Virus record (IMG/VR): IMGVR_UViG_3300020030_000031
Location: 1 to 6,156 of that record
Direction: 5' to 3' (one strand)
Source of the DNA: a virus
Length of the DNA: 6,156 nucleotides
Of the stretch, positions 5,538-6,156 are shown piece by piece. The position numbers were made by a program, and so were the translations under genes. The first letter of the stretch is position 1, and each line of letters starts with the position of its first letter. The notes under the pieces were generated by a model. That model made no database searches and had not been told where the DNA came from. It saw only the letters and a program-made list of their open reading frames with translations.

Positions 5538-5737
5538 TACAGGAGGCTTCTAAGACAGTCAAATCTAATAGCGGGATAATCGAGACGACAGCGAATGAGG
5601 TAATCATTAGCGGGTTCCTCGTCGGAAAACCAAGCGATAACAACTCGCTTTTTACCACGGTACGCTCCAATAGAAAAACGGTAGGGAATACTGTTAATCA
5701 CAGGAGAAAAACGGGGGCGAAAATCAAATATATCCAT
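5537..5737 (-). CDS. Hypothetical 66-aa protein overlapping the VP4 start (TAATG)
   Basis: ATG is at 5737..5735. The stop TAA at 5539..5537 shares its last A with the VP4 ATG at 5537..5535 (sense TAATG), an arrangement typical of translational coupling. It is the first gene after the structured intergenic region. I recognise no family. Confidence 0.55.
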   Translation of the reverse strand: MDIFDFRPRFSPVINSIPYRFSIGAYRGKKRVVIAWFSDEEPANDYLIRCRLDYPAIRFDCLRSLL

Positions 5738-5756
5738 AATCGTTAAACAATACTTT

Positions 5757-5785
5757 GCGCTTCGAAAGACGGTACTTTCGAGCGC
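5757..5785. other. Stem-loop (11 bp, one bulged T, 6-nt loop) 19 nt upstream of the ORF66 start
   Basis: The plus strand reads GCGC-T-TCGAAAG-ACGGTA-CTTTCGA-GCGC. Pairs are 5757-5760 with 5782-5785 and 5762-5768 with 5775-5781. Confidence 0.6.
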
Positions 5786-5805
5786 GAGAACTACTTCGTT
5801 CCGCC

Positions 5806-5846
5806 GGCCGACCGCCTAACGGCGGGGACGCTCCGCGTCTTCGGCC
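5806..5846. other. GC-rich three-way junction (Y-shaped) fold, 41 nt
   Basis: The outer stem is GGCCGA (5806-5811) with TCGGCC (5841-5846). Arm 1 is CCGCC-TAAC-GGCGG (5812-5825). Arm 2 is GACGC-TCC-GCGTC (5827-5839). That is 16 bp, 14 of them G:C, with single unpaired bases at 5826 and 5840. An extra CCGCC at 5801-5805 permits an alternative pairing. Confidence 0.6.
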
Positions 5847-5874
5847 TCCATGGCTCCACTTCGTGAGTCTATAT

Positions 5875-5890
5875 ACCGGATAAATCCGGT
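5875..5890. other. Short perfect hairpin ACCGGA-TAAA-TCCGGT
   Basis: It has a 6-bp stem and a 4-nt A/T loop. It lies between the terminator and the three-way junction. Confidence 0.5.
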
Positions 5891-5902
5891 GAGTTTGCGG
5901 AC

Positions 5903-5937
5903 AAAAACTCCCAGGGAGAGAAAACCTCTCCCGGGAG
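5903..5937 (-). terminator. Rho-independent terminator ending the genome-long minus-strand transcription unit
   Basis: The sense strand reads CTCCCGGGAGAGG-TTTT-CTCTCCC(T)GGGAG followed directly by TTTTTGT. That is a 12-bp GC-rich stem (5908-5912 with 5933-5937, and 5914-5920 with 5926-5932, with one bulge at 5913) and a 5-T tract (5907..5903). It lies 46 nt downstream of the ORF107 stop. Confidence 0.7.
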
Positions 5938-5982
5938 CATCACAGTTAAAGAACTCTTCCACCAAGAGGACGGGTAACGATC

Positions 5983-6156
5983 TTAGCTCCTCTTCCTTTC
6001 TTTTTCCGACGGGCCTTCATCACAATCAAGATTAAAATCAAACATGAGAATAAGGGTATTATCAAAGAAATCAACTCGGAAATGAGGTAGACTACCACAG
6101 GTAGCGACGAGTTCATAAATTTCCGAATGGTCAACGTAGAGCGAATCGCTAATGAA
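5983..6156 (-). CDS. C-terminal part of ORF107 (same CDS as 1..271). Bases 6036..6156 duplicate 1..121 and 5983..6035 is the unique 3' end.
   Basis: The frame is continuous through the repeat and ends ...LILMFDFNLDCDEGPSEKERKRS with TAA at 5985..5983. Confidence 0.5.
   Translation of the reverse strand, partial: FISDSLYVDHSEIYELVATCGSLPHFRVDFFDNTLILMFDFNLDCDEGPSEKERKRS
6036..6156. repeat. Terminal direct repeat, copy 2; identical to 1..121
   Basis: 121/121 identity with the first 121 bases of the window. Confidence 0.95.

Noticed and set aside
5793-5864. Direct repeat ACTTCGT (5793..5799 and 5858..5864) flanking the three-way junction, possibly iterons
   Set aside because: Two copies of a 7-mer within about 245 nt are roughly what chance predicts. 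I do not see a third copy or regular spacing.
1-6156. Integration module (integrase, or a dif-like XerC/D site) that would indicate a temperate lifestyle
   Set aside because: There is no integrase-sized ORF. I found no ATAAT-N6-ATTAT dif-like palindrome in either non-coding region. Lysogeny cannot be supported or excluded.

Overview
This window is a complete, circularly closed genome of a small ssDNA phage of the family Microviridae. Bases 1..121 are identical to 6036..6156, so the unit length is 6,035 nt. All credible genes lie on the minus strand of the given sequence, which is therefore the complement of the viral, mRNA-sense strand. Three hallmark genes are recognisable from the translations. 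They are the major capsid protein VP1/F (2673..4463), the HUH rolling-circle replication initiator VP4/A-like (4467..5537), and the DNA pilot / minor capsid protein VP2/H-like (684..1940). Sense-strand gene order is ORF66, VP4, VP1, acidic ORF98, structured gap with a possible ORF61, lipoprotein ORF63, VP2, ORF106, ORF107, structured intergenic region. ORF107 crosses the window junction and is missing from the supplied ORF track. No gene has a Shine-Dalgarno sequence, which suggests a Bacteroidota-type host (inference only). Six things deserve a second look. First, a 63-aa lipobox protein sits directly upstream of VP2. Second and third, two +1-frame embedded ORFs each have a hydrophobic N-terminus and a basic tail, and one sits inside the scaffold-like gene as phiX174 E sits in D. 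Fourth, a GC-rich intergenic region carries a terminator, a three-way junction and two hairpins. Fifth, a 185-nt domain is closed by an imperfect inverted repeat that pairs the ATG and TAG of an Arg-rich ORF. Sixth, four small ORFs have no recognisable family. No homology search was possible, so subfamily placement and all functional calls for the small ORFs are hypotheses.
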